Assembly: GCA_965261595.1 (NCBI GenBank)
Contig: CBDHDG010000006.1
Coordinates: 1,632,001-1,696,000 of the forward strand
Length of the DNA: 64,000 nt
Direction of reading: 5' to 3'
Source of the DNA: a bacterium
Lineage (GTDB): Bacteria; UBA8248; JACPRG01; G963555815
In this document: positions 9,358 to 25,589 of the stretch, piece by piece
How the letters are laid out: every line of letters starts with the position of its first letter
Numbering within the stretch: position 1 is the first letter of the stretch
Position numbers and translations under genes: made by a program
Notes under the pieces: model-generated
Databases searched by the model: none
Told to the model about the DNA's origin: nothing
The model's input: the letters and a program-made list of their open reading frames with translations, nothing else

Positions 9358-10221
9358 TCAATTCCCGGCCGTGTCACGGCGCGCGGCTCGAAGACCGCTG
9401 GATGCCCGGCTTCGGCGGGTCTCGATCCCGAAGCGCGCGTACAGTCGGCGGACCTCTTCAGTGTACAACCCGGAGGCCGCGCAAACAACGAGGGGACGAA
9501 GCGCCCGGGGAGACGGCGCGGCTTCGGGTCCCAGCGCGGGTCCGGGTCCCAGCGCGGGTCTGGGTCCCGGCGCGGAGGCCTCGGCCAGAAAGATCGCCGC
9601 GGGTCCACCGCGCGAAGGATGGACGCGGCGGAACCGCCGCAGCGCGAAACCCGCATCCTTCAATCCGTCGAAAACCTCGGTCTCCCGTTCCGCCAAGTGG
9701 GAGAAGAACAGCCGGCCTCCCGGCGCGAGCAGGTGACAGGCGGCCTCGATCCAGGAGGCCAAAGGGAGCGTCAGCTTGTGCCTCGCCATGGCCCGGGCGG
9801 GGTCGGGGCTCAGCCGGCCCGTCCCGGCCTTGCGATAGGGAGGGTTGATGACGGCCGCGTGAAACGACCCGGGCCGGGCCCACGCGTCCGCCCGCCGGAC
9901 GTCCGCCCGGATGAACCCGACGCGGCGCGCCAGGCCACTCCTTCGGGCGTTCGCGGCGGCAAAGCGGAGCGGACGGTCCTGGAGCTCGATCCCCGCAACC
10001 CGGAGCGCCGGCCGCCGGGCGGCCATGAGGATGCCGACGGCGCCGGTCCCCGCGCACAGATCCGCGACGAGCGGGGCGGCGGGATTCATGGATCGAAGGG
10101 ATCTCAAGGAGGCGGAGGCGAAGTCCGCAAGGAGAAAGGAATCCAGCGTGCGCCGGCCGCCCCGGGGACCGGGGTCGAGATAAAGAGACAAGGATGAGAG
10201 GGCCTGCGGGCGGAGACTCAC
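9358..10221 (-). CDS. SAM-dependent methyltransferase, tRNA1(Val) m6A37 (TrmN6/YfiC)-like
   Basis: DSFLLADF, DLCAGTG, INPPY and ARH motifs. Start is uncertain; GTG at 10221 chosen. Confidence 0.75.
   Translation of the reverse strand: MSLRPQALSSLSLYLDPGPRGGRRTLDSFLLADFASASLRSLRSMNPAAPLVADLCAGTGAVGILMAARRPALRVAGIELQDRPLRFAAANARRSGLARRVGFIRADVRRADAWARPGSFHAAVINPPYRKAGTGRLSPDPARAMARHKLTLPLASWIEAACHLLAPGGRLFFSHLAERETEVFDGLKDAGFALRRFRRVHPSRGGPAAIFLAEASAPGPRPALGPGPALGPEAAPSPRALRPLVVCAASGLYTEEVRRLYARFGIETRRSRASSGLRAARRDTAGN
9525..9575. repeat. In-frame 18-bp tandem repeat (~2.8 copies)
   Basis: CGGGTCCCAGCGCGGGTC twice plus a partial copy. Encodes GPRPALGPGPALGP in the methyltransferase. Confidence 0.85.
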
Positions 10222-10291
10222 GGGAGGGGGGGCTCGATGGCGGGGGGCGCAACCACGTTGTGGGGAGGTGTCCCGATTCGGCGCGATTGCT

Positions 10292-10726
10292 TTAGTGGCT
10301 CGGGGCGTCTTTCCCGCCCCCGACATGGAGCCGGAGCGTGGCCCGCTTGAACGCCGCCATGGCGCGGTCCGTGTCGACATCTTCACCCCGTTTCGACAAC
10401 TGCTCAAGGGCTCTTTCGCGGGCGGACTCGGCGCGGGGGACGTCGATCCCCTCCACTTTCTCCGCCGTCTCGGCCAGGATGGTGACCGCCTCCGGCCCGA
10501 TCTCGGCGTATCCCCAGGCGATGGCCAAATCGGTCGTCCGGCCGCCGGCCTGGTAGGACACCCGCCCGATGGTCAGCGTCGTGAGCATGGCGGTGTGGCC
10601 CGGAAGGACGCCGAACTCGCCCAGCGCGCCGGGCGCGTTCACGCTGTCCACGTCCTCGCTGACAACGACGCGCTCGGGGGTGACAATCTCCAGGTGGATC
10701 TTTTCGGGCAATTCCGCCACGTTCAT
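10292..10726 (-). CDS. atpC: F1 ATP synthase epsilon subunit
   Basis: LEIVTPE and GEFGVLPGH motifs; directly follows atpD. Confidence 0.95.
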   Translation of the reverse strand: MNVAELPEKIHLEIVTPERVVVSEDVDSVNAPGALGEFGVLPGHTAMLTTLTIGRVSYQAGGRTTDLAIAWGYAEIGPEAVTILAETAEKVEGIDVPRAESARERALEQLSKRGEDVDTDRAMAAFKRATLRLHVGGGKDAPSH

Positions 10727-10792
10727 CTCCGTTCAGCCCCTCCCCCCACCGGAGGAGGAGGACCTTTTCGGGCGATTCGCCGGTTCGGGCGA

Positions 10793-13170
<2,378 letters not shown>

Positions 13171-13185
13171 GGGTTCCGCTTCCCG

Positions 13186-15312
<2,127 letters not shown>

Positions 15313-15316
<4 letters not shown>

Positions 15317-15906
15317 TTCATCTCTCCCACCTTCGCGATGTAATCTTTGGTGAAGCGCCGCTGATCCTCAGGACCGAGCTCCCGCTCGAGCGCCTTTTCC
15401 GCCAAATCGAGGGCGAGCTCCGCCGCTCGGGCGCGAATCAATTGCTCCGCTTTCTTGGTCTCCTGCTCGATGGTGAACCGGGCGTGCTCCAGGATGCGCT
15501 CGGCCGATTCGGCGCTCTCTTTCAGAAGCCGGGCCTTGAGGGCCTCCCGGTCGGCCTCGGCCTGGACCCGCATCTTCGCCAGCTCCTCGTCGAGATCGGC
15601 GGTCCGTTTCTCATATTCCTCGCGGAGGCGTGCGGCCTCCGCGCGCGCCTCCTTGGCCTCCTCCATCGCCTTGATGATCCCCTCCCGGCGGGCGTCCATC
15701 GCCTTCCGAACCGGCTTCCGGAGGATAAAGTACAGACCGAACAAGACGATCAGGAAGTTCAGGACGCGAGAGAACTCGAACCAGGAATCCCAGACGTTTT
15801 CGAACCCTTCCACCGAAGCGAAGCCCAGGGCGGGCGAAAAAATCAATGCCAGCGCGGCCGTCAGAGCCGCCCGGAAAACGGGACGGTGGGATGGGCGATC
15901 AGACAT
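15313..15906 (-). CDS. atpF: Fo ATP synthase subunit b
   Basis: TM segment (RVLNFLIVLFGLYFILRKP) followed by a long charged coiled coil; N-terminal hydrophobic extension. Confidence 0.9.
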
Positions 15907-16330
15907 GAATCTCCCTCCCGGCGAGGCGGCGCCCGATGACGCCGGCCAGATCCCGCACCCGGCCCTCAAGCGACTTTTCGGCTTCCCGGCTCTGGGCTTC
16001 GATGCTCGCCCGGGCCTCTTCGGTCATACGCTCTGCCTCGACCCGTTTTTCATCCATGACCCGGCGAGCCTCGGCGGCGACCTCCCTTTCCATCTCCAGG
16101 ACCTGCTCCATGCCCTGACGCCGGGCGGCGGCGATGGCCTCTTCATAATCGGCCATGCGTTTCTCGGCTTCGGCGCGGTCGGCCGCGGCATCGTCCAGGT
16201 TCCCCCGGATCGTCCGATTCCGCTCGTCCATCCGGTCGAGGATCGGACGAAACAGAAAACGGTTCAGCAGATACAACAGAACAAGGAAGTTCAGCCACTG
16301 AATCAGGAATGAGCCATCCGGGATAATCAC
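15899..16330 (-). CDS. atpF: Fo ATP synthase subunit b'
   Basis: FLIQWLNFLVLLYLLNRFLFRPIL TM segment plus coiled coil; GTG start at 16330. Confidence 0.9.
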   Translation of the reverse strand: MIIPDGSFLIQWLNFLVLLYLLNRFLFRPILDRMDERNRTIRGNLDDAAADRAEAEKRMADYEEAIAAARRQGMEQVLEMEREVAAEARRVMDEKRVEAERMTEEARASIEAQSREAEKSLEGRVRDLAGVIGRRLAGREIHV

Positions 16331-16397
16331 TTGCGCACCCTCTCCCCGGGACGACCGGGAAAAATCCGCCAGGGCCGCGTTATCGCGGCACCGGTTT

Positions 16398-17036
16398 CTA
16401 AACGCCCGCGCGTCCGGCATCGGCCTTGAGGAGTTCCTTGATCCTCATCAGGGCGGAGACCGTCGAGCGCGCCATTTCGTCCAGCTTCAGCGTAATGAAC
16501 CGAATCGTGTCCTCCAGGTTCGGAATGAGCACGTGCTCGAGGGCGTTGACACGCCGTCTGGTCTTCTCAATCTCGTCGGCCAGCCGCTCGACCGTCTTTT
16601 CCAGCTCGGCCAGCCGGATCAGATCCGGCAACAGGTCATCGAACCGCTTAACGGCCGCGTCCAGCTCGGCCGCCGTCCCCTCGAACCCGTACGGGAAGAG
16701 ATCCCCCCGCCGCTCGGCCCGCAGCTTCACCGTCCGGACGCTCATGAGGTTCACTTCCTCGATCCGGACTTCCAACACCGACGCCGGGACGGACAGGGCG
16801 GCGTCCTGGGCCTCGGGCGGCATGCTTCCGAACGCCCGCCGGGCCTGCGCGTAGGCGGGCGCCAAACGAGCCTCAACGCCCCGCCTCAATTCCTGCACTT
16901 GGCGGACGACGGAGATGAACTCCCGGATGAGGGCGTCCAGCTTGTCCTTGAGGAGTTTATGCCCCCGTCTCGCCATGGCGAGGCGGCGGCGCAACCCCAG
17001 GAGCTCCATCCGGTTTGGACTAACGTTCAGGATCAT
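16398..17036 (-). CDS. ntpD: V/A-type ATPase subunit D
   Basis: PNRMELL, RGHKLLKDK and KTRRRVNALE motifs. Confidence 0.96.
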   Translation of the reverse strand: MILNVSPNRMELLGLRRRLAMARRGHKLLKDKLDALIREFISVVRQVQELRRGVEARLAPAYAQARRAFGSMPPEAQDAALSVPASVLEVRIEEVNLMSVRTVKLRAERRGDLFPYGFEGTAAELDAAVKRFDDLLPDLIRLAELEKTVERLADEIEKTRRRVNALEHVLIPNLEDTIRFITLKLDEMARSTVSALMRIKELLKADAGRAGV

Positions 17037-17135
17037 CGGCTGCCCGGACCTCCGGGCGCGGCCACTCTTTTCCGCTTGTCCGCGAATGCCGGCCGCGGTC
17101 CGCCGGGAAATCCCTTCCCCAGGCGAAGCGGGAAC

Positions 17136-17197
17136 AATCTAACGAATGGCCGCGAACCCGTCAACCCCCTCCACTGAATTTGTGAAACATTTCACGT
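17136..17197 (-). promoter_or_regulatory. Internal sigma70 promoter with an upstream Rex/CRP-like palindrome
   Basis: Minus-strand TTGACG (17164-17159), 17-bp spacer, TAGATT (17141-17136). TTGTGAAACATTTCACGT at 17180-17197. Confidence 0.7.
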
Positions 17198-17282
17198 GGG
17201 CGACGCCGGAAAAATCCCCGGCCGCGGCGTCTCAGGGCCGCCTTCGCCGTCACCCGGAATCACGCGCCGCCCCGGGCGGCGA

Positions 17283-18680
17283 TCAATCACCCTCCGTAGG
17301 CGCGTCCTTGCTTTGCTTCAGGTATTGGTCCAGGAAACCCTCCCGGATCCGCTTGAGCTCGTTCCGCGGCAGGAGCGACAGCAGCTCCCAGCCCATGTCG
17401 AGGGTGTCCTCGATGGGGCGGTCTTCATCCTCTCCCTGCCGGACGTAGCGGTCTTCAAAGGCGGTCGAAAACTGGATGAACCGCTTGTCGGCCTCGCTCA
17501 GCGCCGACTCGCCCAGGATGACGGCCAGCTCTTCGGCGTCTTTCCCGCGGGCATAGGCGGCGTAGAGCTGGTTCATGGTGTCGGCATGGTCCTCGCGGGT
17601 CTTGCCGGGCCCGATCCCCTTGTCCTTCAGCCGGGACAGGGACGGCAGCACGTTGACGGGCGGATAGACGCCCTGCCGGTGAAGCTCCCGGCTGAGGATG
17701 ATCTGCCCTTCCGTGATGTACCCGGTCAGGTCGGGGATGGGATGGGTTTTATCGTCCTCGGGCATGGAGAGGATGGGGATCTGCGTAATCGATCCGGTCT
17801 TTCCCTCGATGCGCCCGGCGCGCTCGTAGAGGGAGGCTAGGTCGGTGTATAGGTAACCGGGGTAACCCCGGCGGCCGGGGATCTCTTTTCGGGAGGCGGA
17901 CACCTCGCGCAGGGCCTCGCAGTAGTTGGTCATGTCGGTCATGATGACGAGGACGTGCATCCCGAGATCGAAGGCCAGGTACTCGGCCGCCGTGAGCGCC
18001 AGCCGCGGGGTGATGATTCGCTCCACCGCCGGGTCGTCCGCCAGATTGATGAACAACACCGACCGGGCGATCGCCCCGGTCCGGTTGAAGTCGGAAATGA
18101 AGTAGTCCGCTTCCCCGAAGGTGATCCCCATGGCGCAGAAGACGATGGCGAAGCTCTCCCCCTCCCCGAGGACCTTCGCCTGCCGGGCGATCTGCGCGGC
18201 CAGCCGGGCGTGGGGAAGACCCGCGCCCGAGAAGATCGGGAGCTTCTGGCCGCGGACGAGGGTGTTGAGACCGTCGATGGTCGAGATCCCCGTCTGGATG
18301 AATTCGGCGGGATAATCCCGGGCGTAGGGGTTGATGGGGTTTCCGTTGATGTCGCGCCGCACCTCGGCCAGGACCGGGGGGCCGTCGTCGATGGGCGTGC
18401 CGGCCCCCTGAAACACCCGCCCGAGGATGTCGGGGGACAGGGGCATCTGGATGGTGTTGCCCAGGAACCGGACGCGGGACTCGTTGAGACCGATCCCCGT
18501 CGTCCCCTCGAAGACCTGCACCAGCGCCTGTCCGCGGGCGGACATGAGGACCTGCCCCCGGCGGGTCTCCCCCCCCGGCATGGCGATCTCGACAAGCTCC
18601 TGATACTGAGCGTCCTGGACCTCCTCGACCATCATGAGGGGCCCGGTCAACTCCGAAATGTTCAGATACTCTTTCAGCAT
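17283..18680 (-). CDS. ntpB: V/A-type ATPase subunit B
   Basis: [23 protein letters not shown] and [15 protein letters not shown] motifs. Confidence 0.98.
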   Translation of the reverse strand: MLKEYLNISELTGPLMMVEEVQDAQYQELVEIAMPGGETRRGQVLMSARGQALVQVFEGTTGIGLNESRVRFLGNTIQMPLSPDILGRVFQGAGTPIDDGPPVLAEVRRDINGNPINPYARDYPAEFIQTGISTIDGLNTLVRGQKLPIFSGAGLPHARLAAQIARQAKVLGEGESFAIVFCAMGITFGEADYFISDFNRTGAIARSVLFINLADDPAVERIITPRLALTAAEYLAFDLGMHVLVIMTDMTNYCEALREVSASRKEIPGRRGYPGYLYTDLASLYERAGRIEGKTGSITQIPILSMPEDDKTHPIPDLTGYITEGQIILSRELHRQGVYPPVNVLPSLSRLKDKGIGPGKTREDHADTMNQLYAAYARGKDAEELAVILGESALSEADKRFIQFSTAFEDRYVRQGEDEDRPIEDTLDMGWELLSLLPRNELKRIREGFLDQYLKQSKDAPTEGD

Positions 18681-18712
18681 CGAATCCTTTCCTCGCGCCG
18701 GAAGGGCGTCTC

Positions 18713-20497
18713 TCAGCCCCCGGCCGCGGGCTGCTCGGTTCCGCGGAGAATCTCCTCCGCAATCTCTTTATACGTCTCCTCGGACTCCTCTTCGGGCACA
18801 TATTTGGCCCGGGCGATCCGCGACCGGACGGGATCGTCCAGCAACCCTTCCATCGGCTCTCCCGCCTCCAGCCGTTTCAGGCTCGAATCGTGCTCCAGCA
18901 GGATCAGCCGCAGCATCGACGCCTGCTTCCCCAATAAGGAGTACGTGTCCACGTCATCAAAAGCATTCTGATGGAGAAAGTCCTCCCGGAGGGACCGGGC
19001 GGTCTCCAGGAGCAGCCGCTCTTCCCGCGACAAGGCGTCAATCCCGATGAGCCGGACAATTTCCTGAAGCTCGGCTTCCTTCTGAAGGATCTCCATGGCC
19101 TGCCCCCGATCCGCCAGAAACCCCTCGCCGATCTCCTTGGAAAAATAATCGCCCAACTGCTCCAGATAAAGGGAATAGCTCCTGAGCCAACTGATGGCGG
19201 GGAAATGCCTCTGGTACGCCAGATTGGCTTCGAGGCTCCAAAAGACCGACACCGTCCGCAGGGTGTTCTGAACCACCGGCTCGGACAGGTCGCCCCCGGG
19301 AGGAGACACGGCGCCAATCACGGTGATGGTCCCCTCGCGCGCTTCGGTCCCCAGGCATTGAACGCGGCCGCCCCGCTCGTAAAACGACGCCACCCGCGTT
19401 CCCAGGTAAGCGGGATAGCCCTCTTCGCCCGGCATCTCTTCCAGGCGGCCGGAGATCTCGCGCATCGCCTCCGCCCACCGGGAGGTCGAGTCGGCCATCA
19501 GCGCAACGTCGTAACCCATGTCGCGGTAATACTCGGCGATGGTGATCCCCGTATAGACGGACGCCTCTCTGGCCGCCACGGGCATGTTGGACGTGTTGGC
19601 GATGAGGACGGTCCGCTGCATCAGGGGTAAACCCGTGTGGGGATCGGTGAGGTGGGGGAACTCCTTGAGCACATCGGTCATTTCATTCCCGCGCTCGCCG
19701 CAACCCACATAAACGATGATCTCGGCGTCCGACCACTTGGAGAGCTGATGCTGGACCACTGTCTTGCCGCTTCCGAACGGCCCGGGGATGCAGGCCGTGC
19801 CGCCCTTGGCGATGGGGAAGAACGTGTCGATCACCCGCTGGCCCGAGATCAACGGGGTCGCCGGGGGGAGCTTCCGGGCGTACGGCCGTCCGGAGCGAAC
19901 AGGCCATCGCCGCATCATGCCGATCTCGCGGCGCTCGCCGTCCCCGCCCTCGATGACCGCCACGGTCTCCTCGATCCGCAGGGCACCCGACCGAATCTCT
20001 CCGACCCGGCCCGAGATGTCCGGGGGGACGAGAATCCGGTGCTCGACCGCCTCGGTCTCCTGGATCACGCCCAGAACATCGCCGGGGCCGACCGGCGCGC
20101 CCGCCTCCGTCCTCGGGATGAACTCCCACGTCTTCTCACGGTCGAGGGCCGGCTCTTCCACGCCCCGGACAATGAAATCGCCCACTTGCGCGCGGATCAG
20201 ATCCAGCGGCCGCTGAATCCCGTCGTAGATCGCGCCCATCAGGCCCGGACCCAGCTCGACACTGAGCGGCAAACCGGTTGTGACGACCGGCTCGCCCGGC
20301 GCGACGCCGCCGGTTTCTTCATACACCTGGATCACCGCCCGCCCTCTTTCCAGGCCGATGACCTCCCCCACCAGACGGCCTTCTCCCACCCGCACCACGT
20401 CATACATGTGGGCGCCCGGCAGGCCCTCGGCCGTCACCACCGGACCGTTGACCTTGACGATGACGCCGGCCGCCTGTGCTCCTTCACGCATCTCCAT
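18713..20497 (-). CDS. ntpA: V/A-type ATPase catalytic subunit A
   Basis: [17 protein letters not shown] and [12 protein letters not shown] motifs. Confidence 0.98.
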   Translation of the reverse strand: MEMREGAQAAGVIVKVNGPVVTAEGLPGAHMYDVVRVGEGRLVGEVIGLERGRAVIQVYEETGGVAPGEPVVTTGLPLSVELGPGLMGAIYDGIQRPLDLIRAQVGDFIVRGVEEPALDREKTWEFIPRTEAGAPVGPGDVLGVIQETEAVEHRILVPPDISGRVGEIRSGALRIEETVAVIEGGDGERREIGMMRRWPVRSGRPYARKLPPATPLISGQRVIDTFFPIAKGGTACIPGPFGSGKTVVQHQLSKWSDAEIIVYVGCGERGNEMTDVLKEFPHLTDPHTGLPLMQRTVLIANTSNMPVAAREASVYTGITIAEYYRDMGYDVALMADSTSRWAEAMREISGRLEEMPGEEGYPAYLGTRVASFYERGGRVQCLGTEAREGTITVIGAVSPPGGDLSEPVVQNTLRTVSVFWSLEANLAYQRHFPAISWLRSYSLYLEQLGDYFSKEIGEGFLADRGQAMEILQKEAELQEIVRLIGIDALSREERLLLETARSLREDFLHQNAFDDVDTYSLLGKQASMLRLILLEHDSSLKRLEAGEPMEGLLDDPVRSRIARAKYVPEEESEETYKEIAEEILRGTEQPAAGG

Positions 20498-20537
20498 CTG
20501 GATGACTGTCTCCTCGATCTTCGCCGGACCCGGCCGA

Positions 20538-20882
20538 TCAGGCCGTGTCTTTGGCGCCCGCGGCGTCCGCCCGCAAGATCAGGCTGGACCCCAAGGCTTT
20601 CTCGACATTTCGCTTGAGGCGCTCGAAGGCCATCCCGCCGGCCGAGGTCGCCCCCGGAAGGACGGCGACGGCCGGAAGGGCCTCCGCGCGGAGGACTGTA
20701 AGGCGGTCCGCCGCCCAGCGGGCGCATTCCTCCGTGATCAACAGGACGGAACAGCCGTCTTCCACGGCGCGGCCCACCTGCTCCACCGCCGACCCGGCAT
20801 CCTCCGCCTCCAGAACTTCCACGCCCAGGGGCCTGAAGGCCAGCGTCGAGACGCGGTCGCCCACGAACACCACCTTAGACAT
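20538..20882 (-). CDS. V/A-type ATPase subunit F
   Basis: [14 protein letters not shown] and VEKALG motifs; 114 aa, between C and A. Confidence 0.88.
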   Translation of the reverse strand: MSKVVFVGDRVSTLAFRPLGVEVLEAEDAGSAVEQVGRAVEDGCSVLLITEECARWAADRLTVLRAEALPAVAVLPGATSAGGMAFERLKRNVEKALGSSLILRADAAGAKDTA

Positions 20883-21903
20883 AGGGTCTCCGGAGGTCCG
20901 CCAGGATGTCTTCGGTCTCCTCGCCTTGCGCCAGACCGCCCAGAAGGCGCCGCACGTTCTTGACTTCCATCTCGATGCCGTGAAGGTAGCCCACAAGCGG
21001 CTCCGGCCCGAAGGAGATGTACTTCCCCGCGTGAACGAGCTCGGTCAGGTGATCGTCCGCCAAGCGCTCCAAGCGGCGGCCGGCCTCCGCCTCATCCTCC
21101 GTTTGCTGAAGCTCCTCCGTCAACTCCCCGAGAACCGTCGCCGCGAAGGGAGCGGCCCACGACGCGATCGATCCCGCGCCGGTCCCGCCGATCGCTTCCA
21201 GGAAAAGGGACTCGGACAGACCGCCTCCGGGCGCGAGCCATCCTCGGGCTTCCTGCCGATCCGCGCCCCGAAGTCGTGCGCGCAGGGCGACGCCGAGGTT
21301 CGACAAATCCGCCCGGCGCGCAAAAAACCGTTCGGCGAAGGGGACCGGGCTCTCGGCAAGCCGCCGAAAAACGATCCGGTGCATCTCCGTGTCCAGCACC
21401 CGATCCACGGTCTGGGGAAGAAGCTCCCGCGCGAGGCCCTCGGACAGCCGCGTCAGGACCTCGCGGTAATCCAGAAGCGCGCCCCCTTCGAGGAGAAAGC
21501 CCCCCCCCCCCTCCTCCACAATCCGATCCAGCCGCTCGGGTTCAGCGCCCTCGCCGAAAGAGATCCGCCGCGCCCTGTCCTTCAGCCGCAGAAAATCCCA
21601 CCGAATGGCGAAGACCCCGGCCACGGGCGAGACCGACGTCATGAAAGCGACCTCCCGGATGGATTCAGCCAGCCGCTCCGCCAGGAGGTCTTCGTCGTTC
21701 ATCCCCGCCGCGTCGATACGGTCTCCCCACCACGGGCTCGCGTCGCGGAGGACCCCCCGGGCCCGTTCCACCGACCCGCCCTCGACCGCCCGCTCAAGAT
21801 CGCGCCGCCGGAGCAGGGCGCCTTCGAGCGCCCGGACCCGCCCGGCCGCGTAGAGAAACTCGTCCGCCTCGTTGAACGTGGCCGCGTACAGACCCTGGAT
21901 CAA
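20875..21903 (-). CDS. ntpC: V/A-type ATPase subunit C
   Basis: YAAGRVRALE, FGPEPLVGY and EVKNVRRLL motifs. Confidence 0.9.
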   Translation of the reverse strand: MIQGLYAATFNEADEFLYAAGRVRALEGALLRRRDLERAVEGGSVERARGVLRDASPWWGDRIDAAGMNDEDLLAERLAESIREVAFMTSVSPVAGVFAIRWDFLRLKDRARRISFGEGAEPERLDRIVEEGGGGFLLEGGALLDYREVLTRLSEGLARELLPQTVDRVLDTEMHRIVFRRLAESPVPFAERFFARRADLSNLGVALRARLRGADRQEARGWLAPGGGLSESLFLEAIGGTGAGSIASWAAPFAATVLGELTEELQQTEDEAEAGRRLERLADDHLTELVHAGKYISFGPEPLVGYLHGIEMEVKNVRRLLGGLAQGEETEDILADLRRPYV

Positions 21904-22520
21904 CCCGAGACCTCCCGGGCGTCATCCGCGTCAAACAGCAGCTTCGCGGCCGACTCTTCGAGACCCTCCCGGACCTGCCGCGCCATGACCTCCAGGGAGA
22001 GGTTCACTTCCACGCCGCCGCGTTGGAGCACCGCTCCGGCCACGATGTCCGGGTCGGCGTCCGACAAGCGGATAGCGCCCTTTCTCCCCGCCGTCTCCAG
22101 CGCGCGGTTCAGCTTCTCCACGAAAGGCCCTCCCCACGCCTCCCGGTCCGCGGGGGGAAGGAGGAGGCTTTCTTCTCCCGTCTCGACAACGCCCAAGAGG
22201 GCGCGACGCAGGGCGGCGCGAAAATCCTTTTCCGAGGCGGCGAAGGCATCCATCGCGGCTTGGAACACATCGTCCAGGGCCTTTTGCTTTTCGGCGAGGA
22301 CGGCCTTTCGCGCGGCGAGGCGGGCATCCGTCACGAGCCGGTTTTTTCGCGCGTCCGCATCGAGGCGCGCCTTGCGAAGCAGGCGGCGCTCCGTTTCCTC
22401 CGCGTCACTCGCCCCCCCGGAGCGGACGGCCTCGGCCTCGCGCCCGGCCTCCGCGAGGCGGGCTTCGGCCTTCGCCTTCGCTCCATCCAGAACCCGTGAT
22501 TTGATCTCGTCCAGACCCAC
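21900..22520 (-). CDS. ntpE: V/A-type ATPase subunit E
   Basis: MGLDEIKSRV start, coiled-coil N-terminus, C-terminal AKLLF; operon position. Confidence 0.9.
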   Translation of the reverse strand: MGLDEIKSRVLDGAKAKAEARLAEAGREAEAVRSGGASDAEETERRLLRKARLDADARKNRLVTDARLAARKAVLAEKQKALDDVFQAAMDAFAASEKDFRAALRRALLGVVETGEESLLLPPADREAWGGPFVEKLNRALETAGRKGAIRLSDADPDIVAGAVLQRGGVEVNLSLEVMARQVREGLEESAAKLLFDADDAREVSG

Positions 22521-22574
22521 AGCGACACCTCAAACGCGCCGGCGAACCCGCTGTCCTCCGCGCCCGCCCTATCG

Positions 22575-23126
<552 letters not shown>

Positions 23127-23144
23127 TCAAAGTCATGGCGTGAA

Positions 23145-25205
23145 TCAGGTCTCCAAATCGACGTATCGGGGCGCGGCCCGGAACGGAGCGAACGCGCGGC
23201 CTCCCCCCTCGTAGAACTTGGAGAAAAACTCCACATACTGGAGACGCGCCGAGTGGATGAAAGCCCCCAATGCGCTGATCACCAGATTGAACGAATGGCC
23301 GATGACAAAAACCAGGGGGATCAGCACCACACCCACCACGGGAACCTGACCCAGGATCTCGGTAAAGGTGTTCACGATAACCGCGATCACGCCCGTCGCC
23401 AACCCCAGCGCGAACAAGCGGGAGTACGAAAGGATGTCGCCCAGATAATTGACCAGCCCATAAAGCCCGAGCAGTCCCCCGCCGAGCTTCGCGAAAATGT
23501 TCTTGTATTCCCTGCCTCGCACCAGGACCGTCGTCCCCGCCGCCGCGATCGCCGTCCACGTCGCCGCCGGCCCGAGGGACTCACCCAGCACCCCCGCTTT
23601 GGCCAAGCCCAGGAACAGGAATCCGCTCAGCAGAAAAATCTCTACGCCATCGCTTGCCAGGGCTTCCCCCCATCCGGTCCTCCCCCGCGTGGCGATAAAC
23701 TTGGAGACGAGGCCGACGTAAATCTGGATGACTCCGAGAATGAGAGAGAGGATCAAAAACGGCACCGGATTCCGGATGGGGTCGAGAACGAGAATCGCGT
23801 TCGCCCACCGATCCAGAAAACCCAGGCTCGCCGGGAGGATCTTCAGCGTATTGCCGAACCAACCCCCGACAAGCGCGCCGAAGACAAACGCCGAGATTCC
23901 TCCCAAAAGGAGGAGCCGGAAAAAATCCCGCGCCGACGGCCCGAGGGCCATCTTGCGAAGACCCCACCCGAAGAGCAGGGCAATCACCAGACCATAACCC
24001 GAATCCGTCAGACACAGCCCGAAAAACACGAAGAAGAACGGCATAAGGATCGGCGTCGGATCGGCTTCGGTGTGCTTGGGCAGACCGTAGAGATGTGTGA
24101 TGACCGTAAAGGGACGGGTGGCCGCCGTGCTCTCAAGTTGAATCGGAGGGGTGTCCTCAGGGCGATTGTCGAGAAACTCCAGATGGATTTCCGGGATCGC
24201 CTCGGCGAGACCGTTGCGAAGCGCCTCCGTCCGATCTTCCAAGACCCAGCCCATGGCCAGGGCGACGTCGCCCGTTTCGACGAGCCAGCCCGCCGCGTCC
24301 TTGCGGGCCTTCAGAATGTCCACATAATCCGACGCGGCCTGAAGCCCGGCCCGGTAAACCGCCAGCTCGCGGGCGCCAGCCAGAACCTCCCGCTTTGAAT
24401 TCTCCAGAACCGAGCCGCGCTGATCGAGGCGGGTCAGGATCTCCGAGGGGGTCGCCCCCCAATCGATTTCTTCGTCACCGGACAGCGGATTCTCATCGCT
24501 CCCGGGGGAATCCAAAGCGGGGGGGGGGGGGGGCGGCTCCTCGATCACGGTGAGGCCGGCTTCCCGCAGCGCGGCCTCCAGGACGGCCCCATCCTCGCTC
24601 AGAAATATCACGATGAGCCGTTCGCCCTCCTTGCCGGACGAAACCTCCTCTGTGTACACCCGCGCGGAGGCGTCGCCGAGGGCTCGCGTCAGCGATTCCC
24701 GCGATCCCGGGGGCCCGGCGGCCAGGATGACCTCCGTCTCCCGAAGCCCCCTGAGCCGATCCGTCCGGACGTCCACGTCCCGCCATTCGGCAAGGCCCTC
24801 CCGGCGCTGGGCGATCTCCGTCTCTTCCGCCGCGATCCGCTGAAGGACCGCCTCGGCGGCGCGAACCTTTCCGGAGACTTCGTCCAGCGGAAACTTCCCG
24901 AAGTCGTCCGCGAGGCCCTGAATGCTGAAGGCGGGTTTCGGTGAAAAAAGTTTTTTGAGGCCGCCCGCCTCAGGGGCATGGGCGTCGAGAAAGGTAAGGG
25001 CGCGGCGAAGGATCTCCGCCTCCCGTTCCAAATCGAAGGGGCGATCGGCGTATGGGCCCGCGCCGCCGAGGTCTGCGTCCTCGACGGGCCACGCTTCGGG
25101 AGGGATGGGCTCAAAAAGCCCGTTCTCCTGCAAGGCCGTCAGGAGCGCCGGGGCTTCATCGGCGTGGACCGCCAGGAAGGCCCGCTGTGCCTTAACGACC
25201 GCCAT
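23145..25205 (-). CDS. ntpI: V/A-type ATPase subunit I
   Basis: DPTP, DSGYG, DILSYSRLFALGLA and HSARLQYVEFFSKFY motifs. Confidence 0.97.
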   Translation of the reverse strand: MAVVKAQRAFLAVHADEAPALLTALQENGLFEPIPPEAWPVEDADLGGAGPYADRPFDLEREAEILRRALTFLDAHAPEAGGLKKLFSPKPAFSIQGLADDFGKFPLDEVSGKVRAAEAVLQRIAAEETEIAQRREGLAEWRDVDVRTDRLRGLRETEVILAAGPPGSRESLTRALGDASARVYTEEVSSGKEGERLIVIFLSEDGAVLEAALREAGLTVIEEPPPPPPALDSPGSDENPLSGDEEIDWGATPSEILTRLDQRGSVLENSKREVLAGARELAVYRAGLQAASDYVDILKARKDAAGWLVETGDVALAMGWVLEDRTEALRNGLAEAIPEIHLEFLDNRPEDTPPIQLESTAATRPFTVITHLYGLPKHTEADPTPILMPFFFVFFGLCLTDSGYGLVIALLFGWGLRKMALGPSARDFFRLLLLGGISAFVFGALVGGWFGNTLKILPASLGFLDRWANAILVLDPIRNPVPFLILSLILGVIQIYVGLVSKFIATRGRTGWGEALASDGVEIFLLSGFLFLGLAKAGVLGESLGPAATWTAIAAAGTTVLVRGREYKNIFAKLGGGLLGLYGLVNYLGDILSYSRLFALGLATGVIAVIVNTFTEILGQVPVVGVVLIPLVFVIGHSFNLVISALGAFIHSARLQYVEFFSKFYEGGGRAFAPFRAAPRYVDLET

Positions 25206-25524
25206 AGGCCTCCCTCATTTCTTTGATGATCGAATCGATGGCCGCCTGCCGCCGTGAAGGGAAAGATTCTTTCATCCGCTCAAGGGCCTTCCGGGTGTGA
25301 GAGGCGATCTCATCGGCCTCCCGCCGGCCCTCCGCTTCGGCGGCTTCAAGGAGAGCGTCCCGCTCGGCCGCGCATTTCTCCCGGACGGCTTCCAACCGGC
25401 CGCGGGAATCCTGCCGGGCCCGCTCGACGAGGGCCAGCGCTTCGGCCTCGGAGCGCTCAACCGTGGCCCCGGCTTCATCCTCCCAACCGGAAATATCCCG
25501 AATGACGTCGCCGACTTTGGACAT
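25192..25524 (-). CDS. V/A-type ATPase peripheral stalk subunit G/H
   Basis: 110-aa charged helical protein whose end overlaps the subunit I start; usual first gene of such operons. Confidence 0.75.
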   Translation of the reverse strand: MSKVGDVIRDISGWEDEAGATVERSEAEALALVERARQDSRGRLEAVREKCAAERDALLEAAEAEGRREADEIASHTRKALERMKESFPSRRQAAIDSIIKEMREAYGGR

Positions 25525-25589
25525 ATGAGCGTATGAGTGTAAGAGATGGTCAAAGGAATCGAAGGCCGGAAAGCCCTGTAAAGCAACGT

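Noticed and set aside
17188..17203. TTTCACGTG as a second parS site
   Set aside because: Only about half matches parS. The overlapping Rex/CRP-like palindrome explains it better.
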